From: a virus
Taxonomy: Duplodnaviria > Caudoviricetes
Strand: one strand, 5' to 3'
Length of the DNA: 38,267 nucleotides
IMG/VR virus record: IMGVR_UViG_3300020403_000031
Coordinates: 1-38,267 of that record
The translations under genes and the position numbers were made by a program. How positions within the stretch are numbered: the stretch's first letter is position 1; each line of letters begins with the position of its first letter. The notes beneath the pieces were generated by a model that saw only the letters and a list, made by a program, of their open reading frames with translations, ran no database searches and was not told the origin of the DNA. This document shows, in pieces, positions 1 to 9,842 of this stretch.

Positions 1-48
1 GATGGTGGCTCTTACGTTGTGCTTGGACAGATGGTGGACTTCACATAA
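1..48 (+). CDS. 3' end of an upstream gene, probably a virion structural protein (partial)
   Basis: Frame 1 reads DGGSYVVLGQMVDFT* and its TAA overlaps the next ATG (TAATG at 46-50). Confidence 0.6.
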   Translation, partial: DGGSYVVLGQMVDFT

Positions 49-905
49 TGCCTTTTATAGCATCAGCCACAGGTAGTTTTTTCTCAGGACGTAGAGCAAG
101 TGCTTTTGGCATTCCTTACAATCCTTCAGTAAACATACCCAATCTCAGTCTTTGGCTTGATCCAAGTGACACTAGCACAACAACTTACAGTGGTACAGAC
201 CTTACATCAATCACAGACAAAACTGGCACAGCAACGATGTCAATAACCAACACTCCAGGTAAAAGCACACATAATTTATTGGAAACAATAACTTTCGATC
301 AATCATTTAATGAATACCTGTCGTCGGACACTACCGCTCAGGCGTCTAATGGCAATCACTGGGCATTGTTTATTGGACAGATAGCCACACCCAACAACAC
401 TAAAGATAGTATATGGAGTTTTGAGACCAATCAATCACCTAAAAGAGATTATGCTGTCAGTTCAAGTAACGCCAGTCAGTTTGATGGAGAGTTGGATTTA
501 GATGGATTAAGTTCAAACAGGATCAGCAGTAACGCAGGAAACTTGATAGAGTTCACTGCCCAGACACCTATTGCCGCATCAACCAATGTTATTGTAGTAA
601 CTTTCTTCAACAAGACAGGCAGTGAGATAGGTGTGAGGGTAAATGGTGTCAACGCATTTACTCCTGAAACAGATTACGACAACGATCTTAAAAACAATCA
701 ACTGTTGCGAATATTCCGTAACAGGGGCAGTCAAACGTTTGGTGGCACACTGTATGAATTTTTAAGCGTAAAAGGATTACCAGGCACAGGCGGAACTGAT
801 ATGACCTACATAGAAGAGGCAGAAGGATATGTAGCACACAAATGGGGTTCAGAGTCGCTTTTACCTGTAAGTCACCCATACAAGAGTTCAGCACCAACAG
901 GATAA
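48..905 (+). CDS. Virion structural protein, putative LamG/concanavalin-like tail-associated protein
   Basis: Ser/Thr/Asn-rich 285 aa with LWLDPSD...ITDKTG near the start and EGYVAHKWG...LPVSHPYK at the end, as in phage lectin-fold tail proteins; lies in the tail gene block. Confidence 0.6.
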   Translation: MPFIASATGSFFSGRRASAFGIPYNPSVNIPNLSLWLDPSDTSTTTYSGTDLTSITDKTGTATMSITNTPGKSTHNLLETITFDQSFNEYLSSDTTAQASNGNHWALFIGQIATPNNTKDSIWSFETNQSPKRDYAVSSSNASQFDGELDLDGLSSNRISSNAGNLIEFTAQTPIAASTNVIVVTFFNKTGSEIGVRVNGVNAFTPETDYDNDLKNNQLLRIFRNRGSQTFGGTLYEFLSVKGLPGTGGTDMTYIEEAEGYVAHKWGSESLLPVSHPYKSSAPTG

Positions 906-908
906 ATA
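902..908 (+). promoter_or_regulatory. T4-type late promoter motif (ATAAATA)
   Basis: ATAAATA overlapping the upstream stop codon, followed by an AAGGA RBS and the ATG at 927. Confidence 0.65.
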
Positions 909-926
909 TAAAAAAGGACATATAGA

Positions 927-2333
927 ATGGCAAATAGATTTCCACTAGTAGTAGATGCAAACGATCAGAATATTAAAGAAATACCTGATGGTGATAGTTT
1001 AGACTTCCAAGGCATTGCTATTGCAAATTTAAATAATCTAACATTAAATGGTAATTTAGCCGCAAACACAGCAACACTTAGTAGCACACTAACAAGTGTA
1101 GGTATACAAACTGCTGGTCCTTTAACAGGCACATCTGCAAACTTTACCTTAAATGTTGATGTTGATGGTACAATTGATGCTGGTAATTTTACTGTTAATG
1201 GAGCAGCATTAAGCACTATTCAAGTGAAATCTGATTGGAATGAAACCGATCCAAACGATCCTTCATTTATTCAGAATAAACCAGTAATTAGCGGTATTGA
1301 TAGGTTAACAGACATTCCTGATGTATTTGCAAATTATCCTTCAGATGGTTCTGTCACAAACAAAATATTAAAATGGGATGGATTTAGTTGGCAAGGTGTT
1401 GACGCATCAACAGGAGGAGGCATAGCACTAACAGATTTGAGTGTAATAATTAACAGTGCTTCTGGAAATGGTACTTTGTCATATAATAGCGGTACTGGTG
1501 AATTTTCATTTACTCCTGCATTGGTACCAACATCAACTAGTCAACTTACAAACGACTCTAACTTTATTACACTCACAGATGTAACTAATTTAAATTATAT
1601 CACCAGGTCAGGTATTAGTGCAGGTGATCCAATTGCTTATGACAGCAACACAGGTGTGATTAGTTTTGACAATACAAATACACAATTTGTAACTCTTGCA
1701 CAAGTATTGTTAAATGTAGGTATAGACGAAGTTTTAACAGCAGGAAATGTAACCACCCAAGCAGTAACATTTGGAACAGTCAATGCAAATGGTGGATCAA
1801 ATAGTACGATAACAAATGCAGAAATTACAAATCTAAATATTGTTACAGGTATAACAAGCACAAATGGATCATTTACAACCACAAATGGTAATCTAGTTGC
1901 AACAAACGGAGATGTAACCGCTGGCGATGTAGTTTCAGGAAATGAAGTAACTGCAACTGTAAGAGTAAACAGTCCAGAAGTTAAAAATAGTGGAAATATT
2001 TCCATCAATGCGGGTGACGGTAACAGGGTAACTGTAGACAATTATTTAAGAGTAGTACCTGATTCTAGTCGTCCTAGCTCTCCGCAAACTGGAGATATGC
2101 ACGTAACAAATGATTATTTGGAAATATATTCTGCAAATGCTGATGGTCAAAGTAATGGAGGCTGGTTACAAATGCCTTGTGCAAACGGAGAAAGAGGTTT
2201 GCAACTTCCTTTCTTTACTACTACAGAAAGGAACTCTATACCCAGTCCACGTGCAGGAGAATTAATTCTTAACACCACAACAAGTATTGTACAAATTTAT
2301 AATGGAACCAGCTGGGTAGACCTTGGATCATAA
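927..2333 (+). CDS. Tail fibre-like structural protein
   Basis: G/N/T-rich beta-repeat sequence with fibre motifs VKSDWNETDPNDPSFIQNKP, VPTSTSQLTNDSNFIT, LKWDGFSW and C-terminal LPFFTTTERN...IYNGTSW. Confidence 0.75.
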   Translation: MANRFPLVVDANDQNIKEIPDGDSLDFQGIAIANLNNLTLNGNLAANTATLSSTLTSVGIQTAGPLTGTSANFTLNVDVDGTIDAGNFTVNGAALSTIQVKSDWNETDPNDPSFIQNKPVISGIDRLTDIPDVFANYPSDGSVTNKILKWDGFSWQGVDASTGGGIALTDLSVIINSASGNGTLSYNSGTGEFSFTPALVPTSTSQLTNDSNFITLTDVTNLNYITRSGISAGDPIAYDSNTGVISFDNTNTQFVTLAQVLLNVGIDEVLTAGNVTTQAVTFGTVNANGGSNSTITNAEITNLNIVTGITSTNGSFTTTNGNLVATNGDVTAGDVVSGNEVTATVRVNSPEVKNSGNISINAGDGNRVTVDNYLRVVPDSSRPSSPQTGDMHVTNDYLEIYSANADGQSNGGWLQMPCANGERGLQLPFFTTTERNSIPSPRAGELILNTTTSIVQIYNGTSWVDLGS

Positions 2334-2350
2334 TATACTTCGTTTGTGTG

Positions 2351-2357
2351 ATAAATA
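2351..2357 (+). promoter_or_regulatory. T4-type late promoter motif (ATAAATA)
   Basis: Intergenic ATAAATA, then GGAG RBS and ATG at 2376. Confidence 0.7.
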
Positions 2358-2375
2358 TAAAAAACGGAGAAAAAT

Positions 2376-3044
2376 ATGGCTATCCAAACTATTAATGTGG
2401 GCTCATTAGCAAATGATGGAACTGGTGACGACCTTCGAGAAGCATTTATAAAAGTAAATCAAAACTTTCAAGAACTTGATCTAAGAGCAGCAGACATAGA
2501 TGCTGAAAATGTTGGTATTGGTGGATTTACAGTTTTTAAAGAAAAAAGTGGTAATACTTTTAGATTTAGAGCACTACAATCTGATCCATTGGCACCAGGT
2601 ACTATTGACTTTAGAGTAAGCGATGATGGAAATACACTATTCTTAAGAAGCACACAGGCCACTTTAGTTTTTACAGATGGCACACAAACATTAACTAGTA
2701 ATGTAAGTGAACCAGTTATTTTCCAAGGTGCACCTGGCACTGGTGCAAGCGTATCAGTAAACAATAGCACTAAAACTGTGCAAGTTAGTAGTTTACTGGT
2801 AAACGAAAATTCACCTTCTGTAAGTGCAACATTGAATATGAGATTGAATAATATTATCAATGTTGGAACTATTAACGGAGTAAACATATCTGATATTGCC
2901 AATGTAGCCTCTTTAGATTTCGGCGGCATCACAAATGTGATAACTAGTATACTGGATTATTTGGTGTTTACCACAGATGTTGATTTTGGAACAATAACTT
3001 CACCAGCCAATGTAGTATTGGACGAAGGTTTAATAGTTAGTTAA
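2376..3044 (+). CDS. Baseplate/tail fibre connector protein with T4 gp9/gp10-like N-terminus
   Basis: N-terminal MAIQTINVGSLANDGTGDDLREAFIKVNQNFQEL matches the gp9/gp10 N-terminal motif. Confidence 0.75.
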   Translation: MAIQTINVGSLANDGTGDDLREAFIKVNQNFQELDLRAADIDAENVGIGGFTVFKEKSGNTFRFRALQSDPLAPGTIDFRVSDDGNTLFLRSTQATLVFTDGTQTLTSNVSEPVIFQGAPGTGASVSVNNSTKTVQVSSLLVNENSPSVSATLNMRLNNIINVGTINGVNISDIANVASLDFGGITNVITSILDYLVFTTDVDFGTITSPANVVLDEGLIVS

Positions 3045-3054
3045 GGATTTTTAA

Positions 3055-6000
3055 ATGTTCAATGTAGTGAATGGCTCTATAATTCTAACAGTTGACAGTG
3101 ATGATCAAAGACCAATAGTTTTGCCATTGCCGATTACTACAGAAAATAGTACAAATAACATTATAGACTTTATCAGTGACAATGTAGGCCCTGATACTAC
3201 AGTTTATGTCGATATGGATAATACTATTGCAGATTTTAATAAGGCACTAGCAGGTTTATTTGCTTATACTAATGCAAGAGATATAGTAGCAACAACAGAA
3301 GAAAAAGTTGCTACAATTTCAGCGGCAATGCCTGGCTTCTTTTTAAATTTAGAAAAATTGCCTCAAGCAGAATATCTTCTATCTAAGCTAGGTAATTATA
3401 AAATTTTAACAACTGATACAGGGTTATTAAACGGTAACGGAGAAAAAGTAGATTGGGTAACTAATAATTTAATTACATATCCTCCAACTGGTGATGTCCT
3501 GTTTGCACTTAACTTTAACAAAGGTTCTTATGCAAATTCTACTAGCGTGTTAATCGATGATAGTCCTACATATGTGAAACAATTCAAAGATGCAGGCGGA
3601 GAAGCATTTAGGTATATATGGTCAGAGATAGTTGCAGGATCATTACCTCCTGGATTTAGCTTAGTTAATAATGAAATTGTAGGAACTCCAATAAGTCAAA
3701 ATACTACAACAACAAGCACATTTACTGTCAGAGTACACGATAATGAAGGTTACTTTGAAAGAGAATTAGCTATAACAGTTAACGCTGATCCTAATTACAA
3801 TGCTTGGCAAGTTCAATCGCCTTATGATCTAGGTAGATTTATTGAACGTACACAAACTAATATACTTTTACCAATTGACCAAACAGATTCGCCAACAGTT
3901 GCAGTGATCGCTGGAGAACTACCTCCGGGTTATAGACTTGAAGGATATAATATAATAGGATCTGCATTTGAAGTTGCAAGATTAAAAACTTTTGATTTCG
4001 TAATACGTGCAACAGTAAACAACACAATAGCAGATAGAAAATTTAGTATTACCATAGAAGGTGAAGATGCTCCTCAATGGGTAACACCTGCAGGTGATTT
4101 AAATATAGGATCTACATTCTCAGAAAGTTTTTGGATTGATGAAGTAAATAGCGAATATGGTATATACTCAACAATTAATTATATCACATATACTGTCACA
4201 GTTGCACCAGGCACAAATAGTTATGGAACAGGAAACAAATATTATATAGATGGTGTTCTCAGTCCAGCATTAACATTAAGAGAAGGAAGCACATATAGGT
4301 TTGATCTTTCAGATGCATCAGTTGAAACACACGGTTTGAGATTTTCTGTAACTCCAAATGGAATATGGGGTGCAGAACAAGTTGGAGAAGAATACACAGA
4401 AGGAGTCAAGGTTGTTGGAACAGCAGGTAACGTAGGCGCATATGTAGAAATATCTGTACCAAGAAATGCACCTAATTTACATTACTATTGTATAAATCAT
4501 AGTGGTATGGGCAATAGTGCAATAACAAGTAAACCAACAAGTTACACAAAACAAAATGTAACTACATCAAACGGAGTGCCTAGTAATAGCACAGGAAACG
4601 ATGGCGATTATATTTTTGATACTATCAATAACATATTTTATGTCAAATACAATGGAATATACAAGTTAGTAAATCAGTCTCAGTTAAGAAGTTTGTATGG
4701 TAACACAACAAGATTAGAAGTTAGCACAACAATACCTAATCCGCTTGAAGTAGATTTTTGGTTCAACATAAATCCAGATAATCAAGGATTAAAGTTTAAG
4801 ATTGCAAACTTTAATAGTAGCAAACTTTTGTGGCAGCCAAATAATTATAAACTATCTAAAACTGCACCTATTGATCCAGAAGATAAAGATTTGTGGATAC
4901 AATACTTTGACAATGACACAAAAATTATTCTTAGATATTATGATAAAGACGAATTGCAATGGATTCCTTTACCTTATACATCAAGCAACGTTCCTCCAGA
5001 ACGTGCATCTAATGCGTTTTTTGTAATAGATAATAGTAAAGTTGAGTTTCAATTAGAGGCCATAGATCCAGATTTAACAGCCGGCGACACTTTAAAATAT
5101 TATATTCAAGACGGCGATGGAGAATTACCGCCAGGATTGACACTTTCATCAAGTGGAAAAATTGCAGGAATAGTGGATCCTATACTTGCTCTTGATTCAG
5201 ATAATTACGATCCATATGGAGATAGTACAAGACAACAACAAGGTGTGACTGATACAGAAGGTTATGATAGTTTTAGTTTTGATACACAATTCTATGGTTT
5301 TGGATTACCAAGCAGGAATCCAAGAAAATTAAATAGAGAATATGAATTTTTTATTACTGTAGCAGATGATGTTAGCGAAAGTAAAAGACGCTTTAGTATA
5401 TATGTTGTAAGTGATGATTTTTTAAGAGCCGATAATACAATTATGAGATCTGCAACTGGATTGTTTACAGCAGATGTTACATACCTAAGAAGGCCTATAT
5501 GGTTGACTCGAGGAGACCTAGGTTCAATTAGGGCCGATAATTACAATACAATTTTTATAGAAGTTTATGATCCTAATTATTTACTAGGAAACATTAATTA
5601 CAATTTATTAAATTATAATGATGATGGTACGCCTAGTGTAGTTCCTGATGGATTAGAATTTGATAGTTCTACAGGTGAATTAGCAGGTATAGTGCCTTAT
5701 CAACCAGCAGTTGAGAAAGAATATAAATTTACAATTGAAGCGACACGTAGTGAAGCGGATCAAGAAATATTTGAAGTAAACACAAATATACTTGAAGATA
5801 CACTTGCAGGAGCTGAAGTATTAAAGGTTAGGAAAATTTCACGTGATATGTCAGACGGTATAGATGATGTAGTCGCGTTAATAGATACAGCAGTTACAAT
5901 AGAAAATAACGATTACTTGATTCTTAATATTAATGAAGATGAAAGCGATGATTATGATGTTTTAGAATTTGCATATCCATTACTTCCAAGTCCAAATTTC

Positions 6001-7992
6001 AAAGCACTTACGTTGTTTAAAGAAATACAAGCAGGTGATTCTTTTGCAATTGCATATAAAAACAATCTTACAGAAACTGATATTGCAAAATGGGTAGGAC
6101 GTAACATAAGATATGCAAGCACAAATAATGTTGTTGATAAAATAGAATTTATTAATAATTATAGGTTTATTGGTGAAAGCAACCAAATGCTTGGAGTTAA
6201 TCATTTGGCTGCAGGAATATCAATCACACCAGGAGAGCCAATACAAACTACAATTAAACGTGCATTATCTCAAGTCACAGGCATTGCACAAGATTTAATA
6301 ATTGTAGACGCTACGGATCTTACAAGTATTGTTGTTAATATACCACAAACAGCATCAAGCAATAATAGAAATTTACTAGAAAGTGTTTTTGATACCGAAG
6401 ATAGTGCACCAGTAGAAAGTGTAGTAGATGATGAAACAATAAAAGTTACATTTACAGGAAACTGGAGTGTTAACGTTCTAAAAGATACACAATTTGCTAT
6501 AGGTGCAGTAAAAGATAAAAATATTAAAAAACGTTTGACTGAATCAAAAACAGAATTTACTTCTACAAGTAAAACATTTACTATAAAAGTTTTAGGAAAT
6601 GTAGAAAGCACTATTCAATGGATAACGCCAGAAGTTTTACCAAACTTAGGTGCTAATAGAATTAGTTATTTAAAAGTTCAAGCACAAACTACACTTGCAG
6701 GTGCAAATTTACGATATGACTTTATATCAGGAAAACTTCCTCAAGGTTTAGAACTTAAACCTAACGGAGAAATTGTAGGAACAACTTCACAATTTGGAAC
6801 AGCATCATCTCCTGGTCTTACTACACTGGATAACAGGGCCACAACATTTGACGGTGCAACAACTACATTTGATAGAGATTTTAAATTTAAAGTTCTTGCA
6901 AGAGATAGATTCGGTTATAGTGCAGTATCAAGAAATTTTACACTTAAAATCGATGATACAGATAACAAATTGTATAGCAACGTGTTTATGCAACCTTTTT
7001 TAATTAATAATCAACGCGAAATTTATGAAAACTTTATAAATGATTATACAATTTTTACTCCTAATTTAATTTATAGACCTTATGATAATAATTTTGGTTT
7101 ACAAAAAAATCTAAGAACTTTAGCATTTGCAGGAATAGAACAAAAAAGTATTGCAGATTTTGCTTCTGCTGTTAGACAAAATCATAAAAAGAAAAAATTT
7201 AAGTTTGGCGAAGTAAAAACAGCAATAGCTAAACAACCTGGTACAAATGATATTGTTTATGAAGTAGTTTACATAGAAATAATAGATCCTGGCAAACCAA
7301 AAAATGGAGATACAGTAAGTAGAGCAAAAATACGCACAGGCACAGAGTTGAAAATAAATCAAGTAAAACTAGAAAGTAAAGATGACGATACGGCAAAATC
7401 ACAAGGTGTTGGATTCTTTAATATTGTTACTAGGTCAGGAACTCCTGTGAAAGTGCAAGAACAAACTACCGGTTTAATTATTCAAACAAGAGCAGGCACA
7501 GATGTGACTATTCCTACAAGTGGAGCTATTACTATTATAACTAGAATTGGGTCATTGACTATACTTACAACAAGTTTAACAACTGATTCATCTGGCGATC
7601 CATTTAGATTTAGGCCAAAAGGTGATGTAATCACAGTAGACCAAACAGCAGTTTTTGCAAGTCAAGGTCTTGATCAATATAGATACATTAGCAATATAGG
7701 AACAATGCGTAAACGTATAAAAGCAATTGGTGCAAACGAAAGAGAATTTTTACCATTATGGATGCGTACTGCACAAGAAGGAAGTTTAGCAGAAATAGAT
7801 TACGTTACAGCATTACCGTTGTGTTATACAACACCTGGAGGATCGCAAATAATCAAAGAAAACATTACAAATGCAAATTTTGATTTTAAACAAATCAACT
7901 ATGAAATTGATAGATATATAGTTGATAAAACATCAGATAGTGATCAAGAAACTTTTATTTTGTTTCCAAATCACACATACAATGAAACATAA
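3055..7992 (+). CDS. Large baseplate-wedge-like virion protein with putative Ig repeats and inserted HAD and cupredoxin-like domains
   Basis: Repeated G(S/E/K)LP(P/Q)G...G.I.G putative Ig motifs; HAD motifs VDMD, ILTT, K, LIDD near the N-terminus; H...YYCINHSGM module; C-terminal LPLWMRTAQ and FDFKQINYEIDRYIVD. Confidence 0.75.
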   Translation: MFNVVNGSIILTVDSDDQRPIVLPLPITTENSTNNIIDFISDNVGPDTTVYVDMDNTIADFNKALAGLFAYTNARDIVATTEEKVATISAAMPGFFLNLEKLPQAEYLLSKLGNYKILTTDTGLLNGNGEKVDWVTNNLITYPPTGDVLFALNFNKGSYANSTSVLIDDSPTYVKQFKDAGGEAFRYIWSEIVAGSLPPGFSLVNNEIVGTPISQNTTTTSTFTVRVHDNEGYFERELAITVNADPNYNAWQVQSPYDLGRFIERTQTNILLPIDQTDSPTVAVIAGELPPGYRLEGYNIIGSAFEVARLKTFDFVIRATVNNTIADRKFSITIEGEDAPQWVTPAGDLNIGSTFSESFWIDEVNSEYGIYSTINYITYTVTVAPGTNSYGTGNKYYIDGVLSPALTLREGSTYRFDLSDASVETHGLRFSVTPNGIWGAEQVGEEYTEGVKVVGTAGNVGAYVEISVPRNAPNLHYYCINHSGMGNSAITSKPTSYTKQNVTTSNGVPSNSTGNDGDYIFDTINNIFYVKYNGIYKLVNQSQLRSLYGNTTRLEVSTTIPNPLEVDFWFNINPDNQGLKFKIANFNSSKLLWQPNNYKLSKTAPIDPEDKDLWIQYFDNDTKIILRYYDKDELQWIPLPYTSSNVPPERASNAFFVIDNSKVEFQLEAIDPDLTAGDTLKYYIQDGDGELPPGLTLSSSGKIAGIVDPILALDSDNYDPYGDSTRQQQGVTDTEGYDSFSFDTQFYGFGLPSRNPRKLNREYEFFITVADDVSESKRRFSIYVVSDDFLRADNTIMRSATGLFTADVTYLRRPIWLTRGDLGSIRADNYNTIFIEVYDPNYLLGNINYNLLNYNDDGTPSVVPDGLEFDSSTGELAGIVPYQPAVEKEYKFTIEATRSEADQEIFEVNTNILEDTLAGAEVLKVRKISRDMSDGIDDVVALIDTAVTIENNDYLILNINEDESDDYDVLEFAYPLLPSPNFKALTLFKEIQAGDSFAIAYKNNLTETDIAKWVGRNIRYASTNNVVDKIEFINNYRFIGESNQMLGVNHLAAGISITPGEPIQTTIKRALSQVTGIAQDLIIVDATDLTSIVVNIPQTASSNNRNLLESVFDTEDSAPVESVVDDETIKVTFTGNWSVNVLKDTQFAIGAVKDKNIKKRLTESKTEFTSTSKTFTIKVLGNVESTIQWITPEVLPNLGANRISYLKVQAQTTLAGANLRYDFISGKLPQGLELKPNGEIVGTTSQFGTASSPGLTTLDNRATTFDGATTTFDRDFKFKVLARDRFGYSAVSRNFTLKIDDTDNKLYSNVFMQPFLINNQREIYENFINDYTIFTPNLIYRPYDNNFGLQKNLRTLAFAGIEQKSIADFASAVRQNHKKKKFKFGEVKTAIAKQPGTNDIVYEVVYIEIIDPGKPKNGDTVSRAKIRTGTELKINQVKLESKDDDTAKSQGVGFFNIVTRSGTPVKVQEQTTGLIIQTRAGTDVTIPTSGAITIITRIGSLTILTTSLTTDSSGDPFRFRPKGDVITVDQTAVFASQGLDQYRYISNIGTMRKRIKAIGANEREFLPLWMRTAQEGSLAEIDYVTALPLCYTTPGGSQIIKENITNANFDFKQINYEIDRYIVDKTSDSDQETFILFPNHTYNET

Positions 7993-7995
7993 ATC

Positions 7996-8002
7996 ATAAA
8001 TA
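7996..8002 (+). promoter_or_regulatory. T4-type late promoter motif (ATAAATA)
   Basis: Intergenic ATAAATA, then GAGG RBS and ATG at 8024. Confidence 0.65.
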
Positions 8003-8023
8003 TATACGTAGAGGAAAAAGTTT

Positions 8024-8611
8024 ATGGCAAGCAATATTATTTCAGATACAATTGATGAAACATATCCAGTTGCAGGTATTGACAATGATACCCAAGGATT
8101 TCGTGACAACTTTAACATAATTAAGACAGGGTTGACCACAGCAAAGTCGGAGATTACCGATTTGCAAGCAAACACACCAAAAACAAATGCAACTTCAAGT
8201 TTTAATAATAACACAATATCAAATGTAAACTTTTTATCATCAACTAAAGCCACTACAGTAACAAATGTTGTAGGCGACACTAGCGTTACATTAAGTTTTA
8301 ACACTTCACATTATTTTAGATTAGAAAACATAAACCAGCCAATGACTGTTACTTTGGATGATTGGCCAGAAACACAGCAAGTGGCGGAAATTATTATTCA
8401 TTTTAATGGTAATGGTAGCGGAACACAAGCAGTGACTTTTGCTAGTGATGGTGCCGCAAATATCTATACAGATGGAAATGCAGTTTGGACAAATAGAGCT
8501 ATTAATGTTCCTGCTTCAGCTGATCAAAGTATAGTAGTTAAAGCGTGGACACTTGATGATGGTGCAACAGTATTTTTACAATACTTAGGAACATATGTGT
8601 TAACAGTATAA
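8024..8611 (+). CDS. Virion structural protein (baseplate/tail associated)
   Basis: N-terminal YPVAGIDNDTQGFRDNFNIIK resembles the gp9/gp10-type N-terminal helix; beta-rich C-terminus; late promoter upstream. Confidence 0.6.
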   Translation: MASNIISDTIDETYPVAGIDNDTQGFRDNFNIIKTGLTTAKSEITDLQANTPKTNATSSFNNNTISNVNFLSSTKATTVTNVVGDTSVTLSFNTSHYFRLENINQPMTVTLDDWPETQQVAEIIIHFNGNGSGTQAVTFASDGAANIYTDGNAVWTNRAINVPASADQSIVVKAWTLDDGATVFLQYLGTYVLTV

Positions 8612-8832
8612 TGCACCCTCTAATCGACGATTTAAGTACATTTACAGATAGAGAATTACAAGAAAAAGTTGTAGAATTACAAAAAAAATATTTTTCTACA
8701 TATAACGCAGGTGTTCAATCACAAATCGCTCTTGTTATCGATACATTTAATCTAGAATTAGAAAAAAGATACAAGAACAAAAAAACAGAAAAAAAGAATA
8801 ACGATCTTGACAATTTAATTAATGTGTCGTAA
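8611..8832 (+). CDS. Hypothetical protein (helical)
   Basis: 73-aa ORF coupled to the previous gene by TAATG. Confidence 0.7.
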   Translation: MHPLIDDLSTFTDRELQEKVVELQKKYFSTYNAGVQSQIALVIDTFNLELEKRYKNKKTEKKNNDLDNLINVS

Positions 8833-8835
8833 TAT
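8807..8835 (+). promoter_or_regulatory. Sigma70-type early promoter
   Basis: TTGACA (8807-8812), 17-bp spacer, TAATAT (8830-8835), just before the ATG at 8842. Confidence 0.6.
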
Positions 8836-8841
8836 TAATTT

Positions 8842-9393
8842 ATGCTAATGAAAACAGATGACTTAGGTATCCCTCGATTTAGTAATCGCAATTTAATCGA
8901 TATGATTTACAGTGGTAATATCGATAAATGCCACGTGGTATTATGTGATGAAAATGACGATGTAGATAAATTTAATTCTGCAATGGAAAATCAAGGACTT
9001 CCTAAACTACAAAAATATATACCATTAGATGTAGATCAAAAGACTTTTGACGGTGTATGTCAAAGCGAATGGTTTATGCCTAATGAATATAAAGAACTAG
9101 ATGTTGTTGCACATCTATATAATTTATGTCCAGCCCTTGGAGATGATTTCAATATTACAGGCGACGAACGTTTCAATAGAGTGAATGAAGAACTAGCTGA
9201 GTTTGAGCGTAGAGAAATGTTTGATTTGTTACGTTATATGATTTATCTTGTAGATTTTATGCGTGAAAACAATATTATATGGGGCGTAGGACGTGGATCA
9301 AGTGTTGCAAGTTATGTGTTATACTTGATTGGGGTACATAAAATCGATAGCATAAAATACAATTTAGACTGGCGTGAATTTTTAAGAGACTAA
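8842..9393 (+). CDS. DNA polymerase III alpha (DnaE)-like fragment
   Basis: RVNEEL...YLVDFMRENNIIWGVGRGSSVASYVLYLIGVHKIDSIKYNLDWREFL matches the DnaE GRGS region; only 183 aa. Confidence 0.8.
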   Translation: MLMKTDDLGIPRFSNRNLIDMIYSGNIDKCHVVLCDENDDVDKFNSAMENQGLPKLQKYIPLDVDQKTFDGVCQSEWFMPNEYKELDVVAHLYNLCPALGDDFNITGDERFNRVNEELAEFERREMFDLLRYMIYLVDFMRENNIIWGVGRGSSVASYVLYLIGVHKIDSIKYNLDWREFLRD

Positions 9394-9396
9394 ATA
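9390..9396 (+). promoter_or_regulatory. Late promoter variant (CTAAATA)
   Basis: TAAATA overlapping the stop codon, AGGAG RBS, ATG at 9417. Confidence 0.55.
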
Positions 9397-9416
9397 TTCC
9401 AGTATAGGAGAAGCCG

Positions 9417-9842
9417 ATGGGTATGAAACCAAAACAAAAAAAAGTTTATAGAACAATGCAAGGTAAAATTGTAGATTTAGATAAACTAATCAAAAGAAAT
9501 GAATTAACTCCTGCTGTAGGTAATGCAAAAGTTAATGCTCGCGGCGATGAATTAGGAGCTGGTGGAAAAATTATAAGACGCAGAGAAGAAGTTGTAAGAG
9601 ATTATTACGATGGTAATACACCTGTCGCAGATGAAATTCCAACAAAATCTGTTGATGGTCTTTCTGCAAATGAACAAAAAACAATGGAAGAATTTGATGA
9701 TATTCCTGTTCCTCCAAAGCCTCAAGCACAAACAACGCCAAAACCAAAAATTACAACAACACAAAAACCTAAGCCTCAACCAGAGAAAGAACCAGAATGG
9801 ATTGAGGATGAAGATGGAAACTTTATTAGAAAAGGTGAATAA
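9417..9842 (+). CDS. Hypothetical phage protein with Pro/Lys-rich linker
   Basis: AGGAG RBS; N-terminal YRTMQGK...AVGNAKVNARGDELG, low-complexity middle, C-terminal WIEDEDGNF. Confidence 0.8.
   Translation: MGMKPKQKKVYRTMQGKIVDLDKLIKRNELTPAVGNAKVNARGDELGAGGKIIRRREEVVRDYYDGNTPVADEIPTKSVDGLSANEQKTMEEFDDIPVPPKPQAQTTPKPKITTTQKPKPQPEKEPEWIEDEDGNFIRKGE

Noticed and set aside
8842-9393. DnaE fragment as a pseudogene or frameshifted gene
   Set aside because: It has its own promoter and a clean stop, and the downstream sequence has its own RBS and unrelated ORF with no PDIDxD continuation seen
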